Shown here piece by piece: positions 1 through 8,611 of a stretch of DNA of 27,632 bases (the first letter of the stretch is position 1; each line of letters begins with the position of its first letter). Below the pieces are notes generated by a model, which was not told the DNA's origin, did no database searches, and saw only the letters and a program-made list of their open reading frames with translations. The DNA is taken from positions 1 to 27,632 of IMG/VR virus record IMGVR_UViG_3300020045_016671; one strand, given 5' to 3'. The stretch is from a virus (Duplodnaviria > Caudoviricetes). The translations under genes and the position numbers were made by a program.

Positions 1-1
1 T

Positions 2-3000
2 CCAGAATTCAAGGCGTGGTTTGGAGATTCCAAGGTGGTGGATGAGAACGGGAAGCCGCTGGTGGTGTATCATGCAACCAGTAACGATTTTTCTGAATTT
101 TCTAACGCATACACCCGGGGGCAACTTGGGTTTCATTTTGGTACTCGCGACGCGACGGAAGAAATTCACGATAGAAACGCTTTTAATGACCGAGGGGGGA
201 ACGCCCGTACCATCCCGGTGTACTTGGCAGTCAAGAATCCTTTGCGTCTGTCTGACCTAGGAGCTTGGCAAGGCGAGGACATCGCTCGGATGGTCAACGA
301 CGCGATAGGTTCTAGTCTGCCGCTAAGTGCATCTGATCGTGCTATCCGAGAGGTTATCCAGCGAGCGGGATATGATGGGGTTGTGTACAAAAACGAATTT
401 GAGGACGGGGGCGGAGAAACGGACTCCTACATCGCCTTCTCCCCCGCCCAGATCAAGTCGGTGAACAACCGTGGCACCTACGATCCCGCAGATCCGAACA
501 TACTCCGCTCAATCCGGGTGGAAAGACTTGCAGAACAATATGCAAAGATGGAGAAGGAGGTCGATGCCGCCTTCGAAAACAATGACCCGAAAGCGGAAGA
601 ACTCGATGCTCAGTTGGCGGAAATGAAGGACCAACTGGAGGGGATGGTGGCAGAGCTTGAGGGAGACAATTCCGATTATGAGGAAACCTTTGAATATGAG
701 GTTGGAATTGAGGAAAACCTGGCGTACTCATACGCGACAATGGTCCTTGACAGGGGTAGGGGATACACCAGAGAAGACGCCATTGCGAACTTTCGGGATG
801 TCCTGGTGTCGATGGGGGCCAGGAAGTCTATCGAGGCTCCCGACGATGAAATATATGCAGCTGCAGAGGACGCATATAAGACCGTCCTCTTCCGCAGAAA
901 CAGGATAAGACAACCTCTGGAAGGCGCTCCGGACGCTCCTGCAAACTATTCAGTGCGAGTTGAACCTCCGAAGAAGACGATCAAGGCGTATAAGCTTTTC
1001 CGGACTCTCAAAAACCGGCCTGGCGAGATCTTCCCGTTGTTTATCGGGAAAGACGTCCCGACTCCGGTGGGAGAATGGATCCAGGCAGAGTATCGACCGA
1101 CACCCGGGTTCGCGCAGCGCCCAGGATGGCACGTCGGAACGCTTCCGATGGCAGACCATTTGATGAAAAAGGACGGGACCATGCAGTCCGGTCGCGTATG
1201 GGCGGAGGTCGAGATCCCGGCGGACGTAAACTGGCAGGACATTGCAAACCAGCAGCCGACAAAAGACATCCAGGGTATGACTCCGGAGGGTGGATATTAC
1301 CGCTTCAAGCGACCGGCGAACCAGGGTGGCGAATGGATGATCGCGGGATCTATCAAAGTGAACAGGATCCTGGACGAGGAAGATGTAAAATCGATCCTCG
1401 CTGTCACGCAGACCGGCCTAGAAACAGCGGGCGGGATAAAAGATTTGGTCGGCAAATACGAGAATGGTGAAGAAAACCTAACCATCGAAGATGTCGTCGA
1501 TGGTACAGAAGATATCCTGATCGAAAATGCCAAGAACGGCGAGGACACCGGGGAGGAGTATAAGCTACAGAAAGCTATAGCCAAATTCAGAAAGGAACAG
1601 GAATACGACTACAAGCACTCTGGTCGGGGTGATATGGACACCGCAAGAGACAAAGTCATGTCGTCCATCGAGCGCTATCTGGGAGGAGTTCCCCAGAGGT
1701 CCATCCGCATCAAGTCCGCCATCCACAAGGCGACCGGATTGACCAAAGTATCCGACGTGGTCCGTACCGACGTGGCATTCCGCGAGGTGCTGCGGAGATC
1801 TGCGAGAGCAGCCCAGGAGGCCTATAAAGCCGGGCTTAAAGAAGGAACCGAAGCAGAGAAGGCCAAGGCGGCGGAGAAGCTGGCCCAGGCCAAACAGGAT
1901 ATGAAGGATCTCCTGGCGCAGCGCAAGGAACGGGACGCGGCCAGGGCTGAAGCGCAGGGAATTATCAATGACATAAACAAGGTACGCCGGGCGCTCAAAT
2001 CCCTGCAGCCGGAAGCTCAGTCGGCAATCAAGCCGCTCCTGGACTCGATCGACTTCCAGGCGATGAGCAGCGACAAGCGCATCACCTACGAGACACTGCA
2101 GAACATCTACTCCGCCAATCCGCAGTTCACTCCTCCGGAGGAGACTGTGGCGAAGATGGAGAGGCTTTCGAAGACACCTATCAGAGATCTGACGATCGAA
2201 GACCTAGCCGGGATCCGCGACATGGTCCGGGAGGCGGAGGCGCTCAGTCAGGCAAAAGAGGCGGAGAGGAACCAGGCGCTGAAGGACATCAGCAAGATCG
2301 CCGACAAGACCGGGAACATCGCCGTGGACTATAAGAAGCAGATCAATGCGCTCCTGGCTCAGTTCGATTTCAAGAAGCCGACAGAGCAGAAGATGCAGGA
2401 ACTACGATCGCTGAAGGCCTTCCTGGACGCCAATGGAGTTCCGCTGGGGATCTCCGGGAAGTACCTGGCCGAACTGGAGCGCCTGGGCAAGACACCACTG
2501 AAGGAGCTATCGACATCGGACCTGGTCAGCTTGGCGAACACGCTGAAGCACCTCCAAGCGCTTGGACGGTTGAAGGCGGACCTCAAGTACAAATACCATG
2601 AAAGGGAGCGGCAGAAGGCTCTCACCGCACTGATCGCCGACACCCACAATATCGATCCATCGGTGGCGGACCTCGCGGACAAGACCGGCAGGGAGAAGCT
2701 CCGGATCGGATTGAAGTCGGCATACGTCCAGACCCTTCATACGACCAGGGTGGCGGATATGCTCGACGGGTTCGCCAACTACAAAAAGAACAATGCCAGG
2801 CTGATCAAAGAGCTTGGAGAAGCTGAAACACTGGCCACATGGACGGCGGTCCAGAAGAAGATCGCATTCCTGGCCGAACTGCGCGACATGGGCGTCCAGG
2901 AGATCACTCCGGAGATGGAAGTCCGGATGATGGTTGTCATGCGGCAGCGCGAGGGAGCCAGGTCGGCAGCAGCGAGATTGATCGATCACTATAAATTGGC

Positions 3001-4465
3001 CGGGATCCCGACGCTGACGGCCCAGGAAGAGGCGATCGTCGGTACCATAAAGAAGTACATCAACGCGCAGAAAGACGTCCTGTCGGCAACCTGGGAAGAG
3101 ATAAACCAGGACATCTTCCCGGAGATCGAAACGTACTACCTTCCCTTGAAGTATGAGAAGGAAGAACAGCTGATCCCGGACTCGACGGTGATGGGTGGAT
3201 ACCGCACGACGCATACCTTCGACGGGTTCAGCAACGCCAGGAAGCAAGGCGTCAAGAAGCTCCCGCGAGTGGATCTGATCACGATCTTCAGTGAGGCGCT
3301 CGATGAACAGCTTTGGTTCATGCACCTCCAGCCGAAGATCAACGACATCAGCCAGCTGGTCCTTACCGATGAGTACGGAGAGGCTGGCGGAGAGATGGCT
3401 AAGTCCTGGTGGCGTGATCATCTGGACATCATGGCCAGGAGGGGCTGGTCGAATTCGGCAAAGTCCTCCGCGATCGCCACGGCGCTGGGGACCATCCGGC
3501 ATAACTTGAACCGGTCGGTCCTGCTCTTCAAGCTTTCGACGATCATCATGCAACCGTTCGCGGTCTTCGATGCGATGGCATATGCGAATAGCAAATGGGG
3601 ACCGGTCGCGGCGGCAATGATCCTGGGTGAGGTGACGAAGAACTTCCTGGTCCCGGGTGCAGCGAAGAAGTACATCGAAACATCGAAAGAACTCCAGATG
3701 AGGAAGGGTGGAGAGCTTGCCCTGGAGGAGGAGCTTGCCACGGCACAGGGCTCCAGCATCATGGACAAGGCAACCAGGATCGGATTCTCGCTGATAAGCC
3801 GGGCGGACATCAATACCGCAGCCGGTGTCCAGCAAGCCGTCGAGAGGGTGATGAAGGAGCAGGGTGTGGCGGATCCCATTACCGAAGCTGAATTCATTAT
3901 GAACCTGGTAAGCGGAAATTCATCCACCAATCAGCGACCTCATATACTGGCCAGCGGCGAGGCTGCGCGCACCTGGTTTACCTTCGGGACGTTCATTATG
4001 AACCGATGGGGAATGATCGTCCACGACCTGGTGATGAGCGGACTTGTGAATAGCGAAGGCGTTGGAATTAAGTTGCTTACACTGGCGTCTTTGGGTATAC
4101 TCATGCTGGCCGGGAATGCGGAGGATGAGGCAAGAAAACTCCTCACCGAAATGACCCTGCAGCGCAAGATGAAGGAGAAAAAACACGGTATGTTCTTCCT
4201 TGGGCTTATGAACCTCCTATCAACAATGCCCGTCCTGGGCAATTTCATCAATGCGGCACAGATGGGAGTGTCTCCCGTTCCTCCGACAATGAGGGTAGGA
4301 GAGGAGCTTGTGAAGCGGTCCATGGAGCTTGCAAGCGATAAGGATCCGAAGGCGAAGGCGAAGGCCGCGATGAAGGCGGCAGAGGCAGGATTGACGATAA
4401 CCTACGGGATCCCTGGAACAGCACAGGCGTTCGACATCCTGGAAGGTGCAATGTTCAAAAAATAG
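2..4465 (+). CDS. Giant polyvalent internal virion (ejection) protein, 5'-truncated by the window; N-terminal ART-PolyVal-like ADP-ribosyltransferase domain, further modules, helical C-terminal core with hydrophobic segments
   Basis: Frame is open from base 2 (PEFKAWFGDSKVVDENGKPLVVYHAT...FHFG...PVYLAVKNPL...GYDGVVY...YIAFSPAQIKS...GTYDP), the motif series of ART-PolyVal domains in phage polyvalent proteins. More than 1480 aa, directly upstream of the tail fibre gene, ends TAG at 4463-4465. Confidence 0.8.
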   Translation, partial: PEFKAWFGDSKVVDENGKPLVVYHATSNDFSEFSNAYTRGQLGFHFGTRDATEEIHDRNAFNDRGGNARTIPVYLAVKNPLRLSDLGAWQGEDIARMVNDAIGSSLPLSASDRAIREVIQRAGYDGVVYKNEFEDGGGETDSYIAFSPAQIKSVNNRGTYDPADPNILRSIRVERLAEQYAKMEKEVDAAFENNDPKAEELDAQLAEMKDQLEGMVAELEGDNSDYEETFEYEVGIEENLAYSYATMVLDRGRGYTREDAIANFRDVLVSMGARKSIEAPDDEIYAAAEDAYKTVLFRRNRIRQPLEGAPDAPANYSVRVEPPKKTIKAYKLFRTLKNRPGEIFPLFIGKDVPTPVGEWIQAEYRPTPGFAQRPGWHVGTLPMADHLMKKDGTMQSGRVWAEVEIPADVNWQDIANQQPTKDIQGMTPEGGYYRFKRPANQGGEWMIAGSIKVNRILDEEDVKSILAVTQTGLETAGGIKDLVGKYENGEENLTIEDVVDGTEDILIENAKNGEDTGEEYKLQKAIAKFRKEQEYDYKHSGRGDMDTARDKVMSSIERYLGGVPQRSIRIKSAIHKATGLTKVSDVVRTDVAFREVLRRSARAAQEAYKAGLKEGTEAEKAKAAEKLAQAKQDMKDLLAQRKERDAARAEAQGIINDINKVRRALKSLQPEAQSAIKPLLDSIDFQAMSSDKRITYETLQNIYSANPQFTPPEETVAKMERLSKTPIRDLTIEDLAGIRDMVREAEALSQAKEAERNQALKDISKIADKTGNIAVDYKKQINALLAQFDFKKPTEQKMQELRSLKAFLDANGVPLGISGKYLAELERLGKTPLKELSTSDLVSLANTLKHLQALGRLKADLKYKYHERERQKALTALIADTHNIDPSVADLADKTGREKLRIGLKSAYVQTLHTTRVADMLDGFANYKKNNARLIKELGEAETLATWTAVQKKIAFLAELRDMGVQEITPEMEVRMMVVMRQREGARSAAARLIDHYKLAGIPTLTAQEEAIVGTIKKYINAQKDVLSATWEEINQDIFPEIETYYLPLKYEKEEQLIPDSTVMGGYRTTHTFDGFSNARKQGVKKLPRVDLITIFSEALDEQLWFMHLQPKINDISQLVLTDEYGEAGGEMAKSWWRDHLDIMARRGWSNSAKSSAIATALGTIRHNLNRSVLLFKLSTIIMQPFAVFDAMAYANSKWGPVAAAMILGEVTKNFLVPGAAKKYIETSKELQMRKGGELALEEELATAQGSSIMDKATRIGFSLISRADINTAAGVQQAVERVMKEQGVADPITEAEFIMNLVSGNSSTNQRPHILASGEAARTWFTFGTFIMNRWGMIVHDLVMSGLVNSEGVGIKLLTLASLGILMLAGNAEDEARKLLTEMTLQRKMKEKKHGMFFLGLMNLLSTMPVLGNFINAAQMGVSPVPPTMRVGEELVKRSMELASDKDPKAKAKAAMKAAEAGLTITYGIPGTAQAFDILEGAMFKK

Positions 4466-4475
4466 GAGGTGGATT

Positions 4476-6887
4476 GTGAAGAGAATACTTGGGATCCTGG
4501 TGGCCTTTTTTATGCTGGCTGCTCCGGCGCTGGCAACGGTGTCGACAGAAACAACGAAAGTGACATACACTTGCAACGGGACGGCAACGACCTATGCCTA
4601 CCCGTTCAAGGTTCTGGCAACGAGCGACCTCCTGGTGGTAAAGAGGACCGGGTCGACAGAAACGACCCTGGCATACACGACCGACTATACGGTGACCGGC
4701 GCTGGCGGATCCAGCGGGAATGTCGTACTCACCGCTGGCAGCAAGTGCGCCTCCGGGTACTCACTGACGATTCTCCGGAACGTGCCGATAACCCAGCTGA
4801 CAGACTATGTTGACGGTGAAGCGTTTTCGGCAGAATCGCTGGAAACGGCGCTTGATAAAGCGACTCTCCTCCTGCAGCAGCAGAAAGAGCAGATCGGTCG
4901 ATCCCCAAAACTGCCAACGACGTCTACGATCACCGATATCGCCCTGCCGAATCCCACGGCTAATAACTATATCGGCTGGAATGCGGGTGCCACGGGACTT
5001 GAAAATAAAGCGGTCCCTGTCGTTACCACGGCGACACAATATGAAGTTGACGCCATTATCTCCTACGGCTCTGGTACCTCTTATACCTCCGCCACGATCA
5101 ACGCGGCTCTGACGGCCATCGGGACTACGAACAAGGCGACTCTACTTTTACGACCCGGAACGTGGGTGATTGCGGCCGGGGATGCTGACCTGACCATCCC
5201 CGCCAACGTCACCATGAAGATGCCAGCGGGAGCCGTGATCAGTGTCGCCACCGGCGTCACCCTGTCCATCAACGGCCCCCTTGATGCCGGTTTGCATCAG
5301 GTGTTTTCTTGCATTGGAACCGGGCGGGTTATGTTTGGCGTGGGAGCGGTTAAGGAAGTGTATCCCGAATGGTTTGCAACAAACACTACCCCAGGGACCA
5401 CGGACATGACCGCCGCAATCAGGGCCGCGATCGTATCTGCGTCACGGTACGGTAAAGTTGTGCTCGATAACGCTTACAAAATAACGGGAGACGTTTCCCC
5501 TACGAATAAATCGGACTTGCTTATTACTGGCAAAGGGTCAATCTCTCTTGTTACCGGATCGGCAACGGCCGTATATGCTTTTGGTCTTGTCGGCACTATG
5601 GACAACGTGACCATCGAAGAGCTTTCACTTATTGGCGAAGGCGACGCGACGTACAACCAGACTGCCGTTGGGTCGGATTCCGGGCAGACGCTTTCCAATA
5701 TCACGGTTCGCAACCTCAAAATTACAAACTTTAATGTGGGAATTTCTGCAAACGCTCATATAGGTGGATCTGCAACAAAGTTCAGCATTTACGATAATGA
5801 GTTGACAAACATCCTAGGAACGACTGCCGGGAAAGGATACGGAATTCATCTTGCCAAGGCCACGCATACGAAAGTCATGCGGAACAGTATTGACAACTGT
5901 CAACGGCACTCTATCTACCAAGGATCGGGGGATAATGTTAATAACGTAATATCCGGTAACGTGATCACGAACCACCGGAAGGGCGTGGCGACGGGCGCAT
6001 ATCTCCCAGCCATCGCCATCGCCAGGAGCTCCGGGATTCGGTGCGACAACAACACGCTGGTCGATTTCTTCGACGGCGGCATCCACGTCCAGCAGGAAGA
6101 GAGCACGACGACAAGCGCCCAGAACATCTCCGTCGTCAATAACCAGCTCATCGGCCGGAAAAACGACATCCCGGGGATCGGCATCGGAGATCCCAACACC
6201 GGGCCGACCGCCTACTGGACCGAGCGGGTGGACATCAGGGGGAACTTCATCACGACAAACCGGGCATCCGTTGGCGGGTACGAGATCCGCGTCTTCAACG
6301 GGCGTCAGATCGACCTCTCAAATAACACGATCGTTTTGACGGGGGTGGCGAGCGCCGCCTACGCCTTCGGTATCGGGTCTAACACCATGGATGCCGCCAC
6401 AGATCTGGACTATGTCACCGCATCCGGGAATGCCGTCTTCGGCACGGGCGGCGATCTCTCCGCTGTCTATGGGTTCCAGTTTTCGTCCGAGGTTGACACC
6501 CTTGACTCTCACGTCACCGCAACGCGCAACACCTTCGGTGATGTCAAGGATTATGAGAATGACGCGGTAGTGGCGAACAAGTACTTGGTCTACGAGACGG
6601 GTACTGGCGGGAGGAAGGGGTTCTATGCCGCCGGAGATCTGACCCCATCCGTCTACGGTAAAAATTATATGGTTATCACTAATGGCTCTGCGAAGACTGT
6701 TACGAACCTGGATGATGGCGAGGAAGGGCAGGTCGTTCGTCTTTACTTCGGCGACGGGAATACCACGATCGGCCACTATGGGACGGGTTCGTTCTGGCTT
6801 GCTGGTGGCGCAGACAAGAACATGCAAGCTGGAGACTCGCTGCAAGTTATGCTTTATGATGGTTATTGGCGAGAGTTGGCGAACTGA
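4476..6887 (+). CDS. Tail fibre/tailspike: T7 gp17-like N-terminal anchor plus parallel beta-helix (pectate-lyase-like) body, preceded by a predicted signal peptide
   Basis: SD AGGAGGT (4464-4470) precedes GTG at 4476, so the ORF-track start at 4446 is probably too early. TVSTETTKVTYTCNGTATTYAYPFKV...DYTVTG...LTILRNVPITQLTDY...ETALDKATLLLQQ matches the podovirus fibre anchor. VYPEWF...TDMTAAIRAAI followed by Asn/Gly/Ile-rich beta-helix repeats. Confidence 0.85.
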   Translation: MKRILGILVAFFMLAAPALATVSTETTKVTYTCNGTATTYAYPFKVLATSDLLVVKRTGSTETTLAYTTDYTVTGAGGSSGNVVLTAGSKCASGYSLTILRNVPITQLTDYVDGEAFSAESLETALDKATLLLQQQKEQIGRSPKLPTTSTITDIALPNPTANNYIGWNAGATGLENKAVPVVTTATQYEVDAIISYGSGTSYTSATINAALTAIGTTNKATLLLRPGTWVIAAGDADLTIPANVTMKMPAGAVISVATGVTLSINGPLDAGLHQVFSCIGTGRVMFGVGAVKEVYPEWFATNTTPGTTDMTAAIRAAIVSASRYGKVVLDNAYKITGDVSPTNKSDLLITGKGSISLVTGSATAVYAFGLVGTMDNVTIEELSLIGEGDATYNQTAVGSDSGQTLSNITVRNLKITNFNVGISANAHIGGSATKFSIYDNELTNILGTTAGKGYGIHLAKATHTKVMRNSIDNCQRHSIYQGSGDNVNNVISGNVITNHRKGVATGAYLPAIAIARSSGIRCDNNTLVDFFDGGIHVQQEESTTTSAQNISVVNNQLIGRKNDIPGIGIGDPNTGPTAYWTERVDIRGNFITTNRASVGGYEIRVFNGRQIDLSNNTIVLTGVASAAYAFGIGSNTMDAATDLDYVTASGNAVFGTGGDLSAVYGFQFSSEVDTLDSHVTATRNTFGDVKDYENDAVVANKYLVYETGTGGRKGFYAAGDLTPSVYGKNYMVITNGSAKTVTNLDDGEEGQVVRLYFGDGNTTIGHYGTGSFWLAGGADKNMQAGDSLQVMLYDGYWRELAN

Positions 6888-6947
6888 AACTGTAGTCATT
6901 TAGGAGGATCGCCAATAATTACCGGATGACCGTGACTGCGAGGTGAC

Positions 6948-7409
6948 ATGAAAAAGTACCTACAGGACATTTATGACGCGAACAGGAGAGACTTCGGGAA
7001 CCTTTCCGACGATCAGATCCTCGCGCTGACCATCTATGCGGAGGCCAGGGGAGAATCCCTCGAGGGAAAAATCGCCGTCGGGTCTGTCATCCTGGAGCGG
7101 GTAGACCATCGAACGTGGGACGGTGACACCATCCATGAGGTTTGCCTGTGGCCCATGCAGTTCAGCTGCTACAACCCGGCGGATCCAAACCGGACCATGC
7201 TGAAAAAAATCACCGATACATGGAGGGACGAGATAGGCAAAAACAAGACACTGCAGGAGTGCATGGAGATATCACAGGGATTGATATCTGGATCCATTGA
7301 GCGGTATCCAAAGGCACTTGATTACTTTAACCCAGCGGTGTGCCAACCCGTATGGGAAAAGGAGAAAACCTTTGTTGCAGAAATCGGCCACCACAAATTC
7401 TATACATAA
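6948..7409 (+). CDS. Endolysin, SleB/Hydrolase_2 family cell wall hydrolase (lytic transglycosylase)
   Basis: LALTIYAEARGES.EGKIAVGSVILERV...EVC...QFSCYN...YFNP...W...IGHHKFY motifs; SD GAGGTG before ATG. Confidence 0.9.
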   Translation: MKKYLQDIYDANRRDFGNLSDDQILALTIYAEARGESLEGKIAVGSVILERVDHRTWDGDTIHEVCLWPMQFSCYNPADPNRTMLKKITDTWRDEIGKNKTLQECMEISQGLISGSIERYPKALDYFNPAVCQPVWEKEKTFVAEIGHHKFYT

Positions 7410-7422
7410 GGAGGATACCGCA

Positions 7423-7770
7423 ATGGTCCGTAACCACCACGATGACGGCTTGCCCTGCGCGACGTCATGCCGCGAGGAGATCCTGGCGAAGATAGGGAGG
7501 TGCATCGACGTCGCATCCCTATGGAAGTTTGCCGGGATCATGGTGAGCATTGTCACCACCGTAATTATTCTTAGCATCACCGTTCACTCATCTGGACAGG
7601 ACGCAAGAGACACGGCGGCAAAGAATAATTATGAACAGATACAAAAAAATACCATTGCCATTGCAGAGATAAAAAAAGACCTGGAGTTCATAAAGAACGG
7701 GCAGGAAGAGATAAAGAAAACTTCTGATCTACACTTTGATTCGCTGCTGAAAGAAATAAAAAAAAAATAG
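7423..7770 (+). CDS. Single-TM membrane protein with C-terminal coiled coil (lysis cassette; holin- or spanin-like)
   Basis: SD AAGGAGG before ATG 7423 (in frame with track ORF 7297..7770); TM segment FAGIMVSIVTTVIILSITV; heptad IAIAEIKKDLEFIKNGQEEIKK. Confidence 0.6.
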   Translation: MVRNHHDDGLPCATSCREEILAKIGRCIDVASLWKFAGIMVSIVTTVIILSITVHSSGQDARDTAAKNNYEQIQKNTIAIAEIKKDLEFIKNGQEEIKKTSDLHFDSLLKEIKKK

Positions 7771-7779
7771 GAGGACACC

Positions 7780-8043
7780 GTGAATCTAGAAAAAAAGGTG
7801 CTATACGCGATGCAAGCGGCAATTATGATGGTGGCGTTCGTCTACATATTCAGCATAACATTCTTGCCACTCGCTCAAACAGGACTCGATCACAGCAAGA
7901 CGGTCTTGGGGTTTATCCTAGGGACTGTCCTTGGGACTCTCCTGACCTATAATTGGGGGACGTCAAAGGGGTCCGCTGACAAAACGGAGGCGGCAGAGAA
8001 GCGGCTGGATGCAACAAACAAAAAGGAAGGTGGTGCAGAATGA
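7780..8043 (+). CDS. Putative holin, two TM helices
   Basis: SD AGGAGG and GTG start; two hydrophobic helices followed by YNWGTSKGSADK, resembling the Y(F/Y)FGSS.GS..K tail of small phage holins; located in the lysis cassette. Confidence 0.65.
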   Translation: MNLEKKVLYAMQAAIMMVAFVYIFSITFLPLAQTGLDHSKTVLGFILGTVLGTLLTYNWGTSKGSADKTEAAEKRLDATNKKEGGAE

Positions 8044-8411
8044 GAAAGATACAGGGGTATGCTGCCATATTTATGATCATGGCAGTGATAATGTTCATGG
8101 CTTGTGCTGGTCCACAGCCGGTGAAGCAGTACGAACTTGGGAAGGTGACGGCGGAGACTCTCCTCTATGAGGCGAGGATGGCACAGAACCGGGCTCAGAT
8201 AACCGCTGCTCAGTTCGACCAGGTGAAGAAGGTCTATGACCAGCTGAAACAGGCCCAGGATATCGCCATTGACGCCAGGAAGGCGATGATCACGTTCAAC
8301 ACGGTAGACAACCAGGCCAAGTCTCAGAAGTCCATGGAGGCCGTCCTGGCGCTTTCCGGAAGGTTCGTCGCGCTGGCCACAGACATCGGTCTGATTAAGG
8401 GGGTGAAGTGA
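8040..8411 (+). CDS. Lipoprotein (possible outer-membrane lysis/spanin-like function)
   Basis: MRK plus hydrophobic stretch plus lipobox-like FMA-C (Cys22); helical mature part; ATGA overlap with the holin gene. Confidence 0.65.
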   Translation: MRKIQGYAAIFMIMAVIMFMACAGPQPVKQYELGKVTAETLLYEARMAQNRAQITAAQFDQVKKVYDQLKQAQDIAIDARKAMITFNTVDNQAKSQKSMEAVLALSGRFVALATDIGLIKGVK

Positions 8412-8611
8412 TGGATCCCGCAACCATTATCACTATCGCAAACGCGGCCCAGCTGCTTTCCATCGGGCTGGATATCGCCTTGAAGGCGAACAGGGTTCTG
8501 AACACCACCGCTCCGGAGTCGATCGACGAGGAACTGAAGAGGCTGGATGCCGCCAAATTGCGTCCCAGCGAAGAGATCATCGCGGAGGCCGATAAGGCAA
8601 GCGGGAAGTGA
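8408..8611 (+). CDS. Small hypothetical protein, last gene of the lysis cassette
   Basis: Overlaps the lipoprotein stop; amphipathic N-terminus and charged C-terminus. Confidence 0.6.
   Translation: MMDPATIITIANAAQLLSIGLDIALKANRVLNTTAPESIDEELKRLDAAKLRPSEEIIAEADKASGK

Noticed and set aside
2507-3835. 442-aa minus-strand ORF
   Set aside because: Antisense shadow of the polyvalent gene caused by GC-rich codon bias; no motifs or SD.
4446-4475. ORF-track start of the tail fibre (MQCSKNRRWI)
   Set aside because: Overlaps the upstream gene; the strong SD points to GTG 4476.
4476-6887. Diversity-generating retroelement target, given the BPP-1-like portal
   Set aside because: No reverse transcriptase or TR/VR repeat pair seen in the window.
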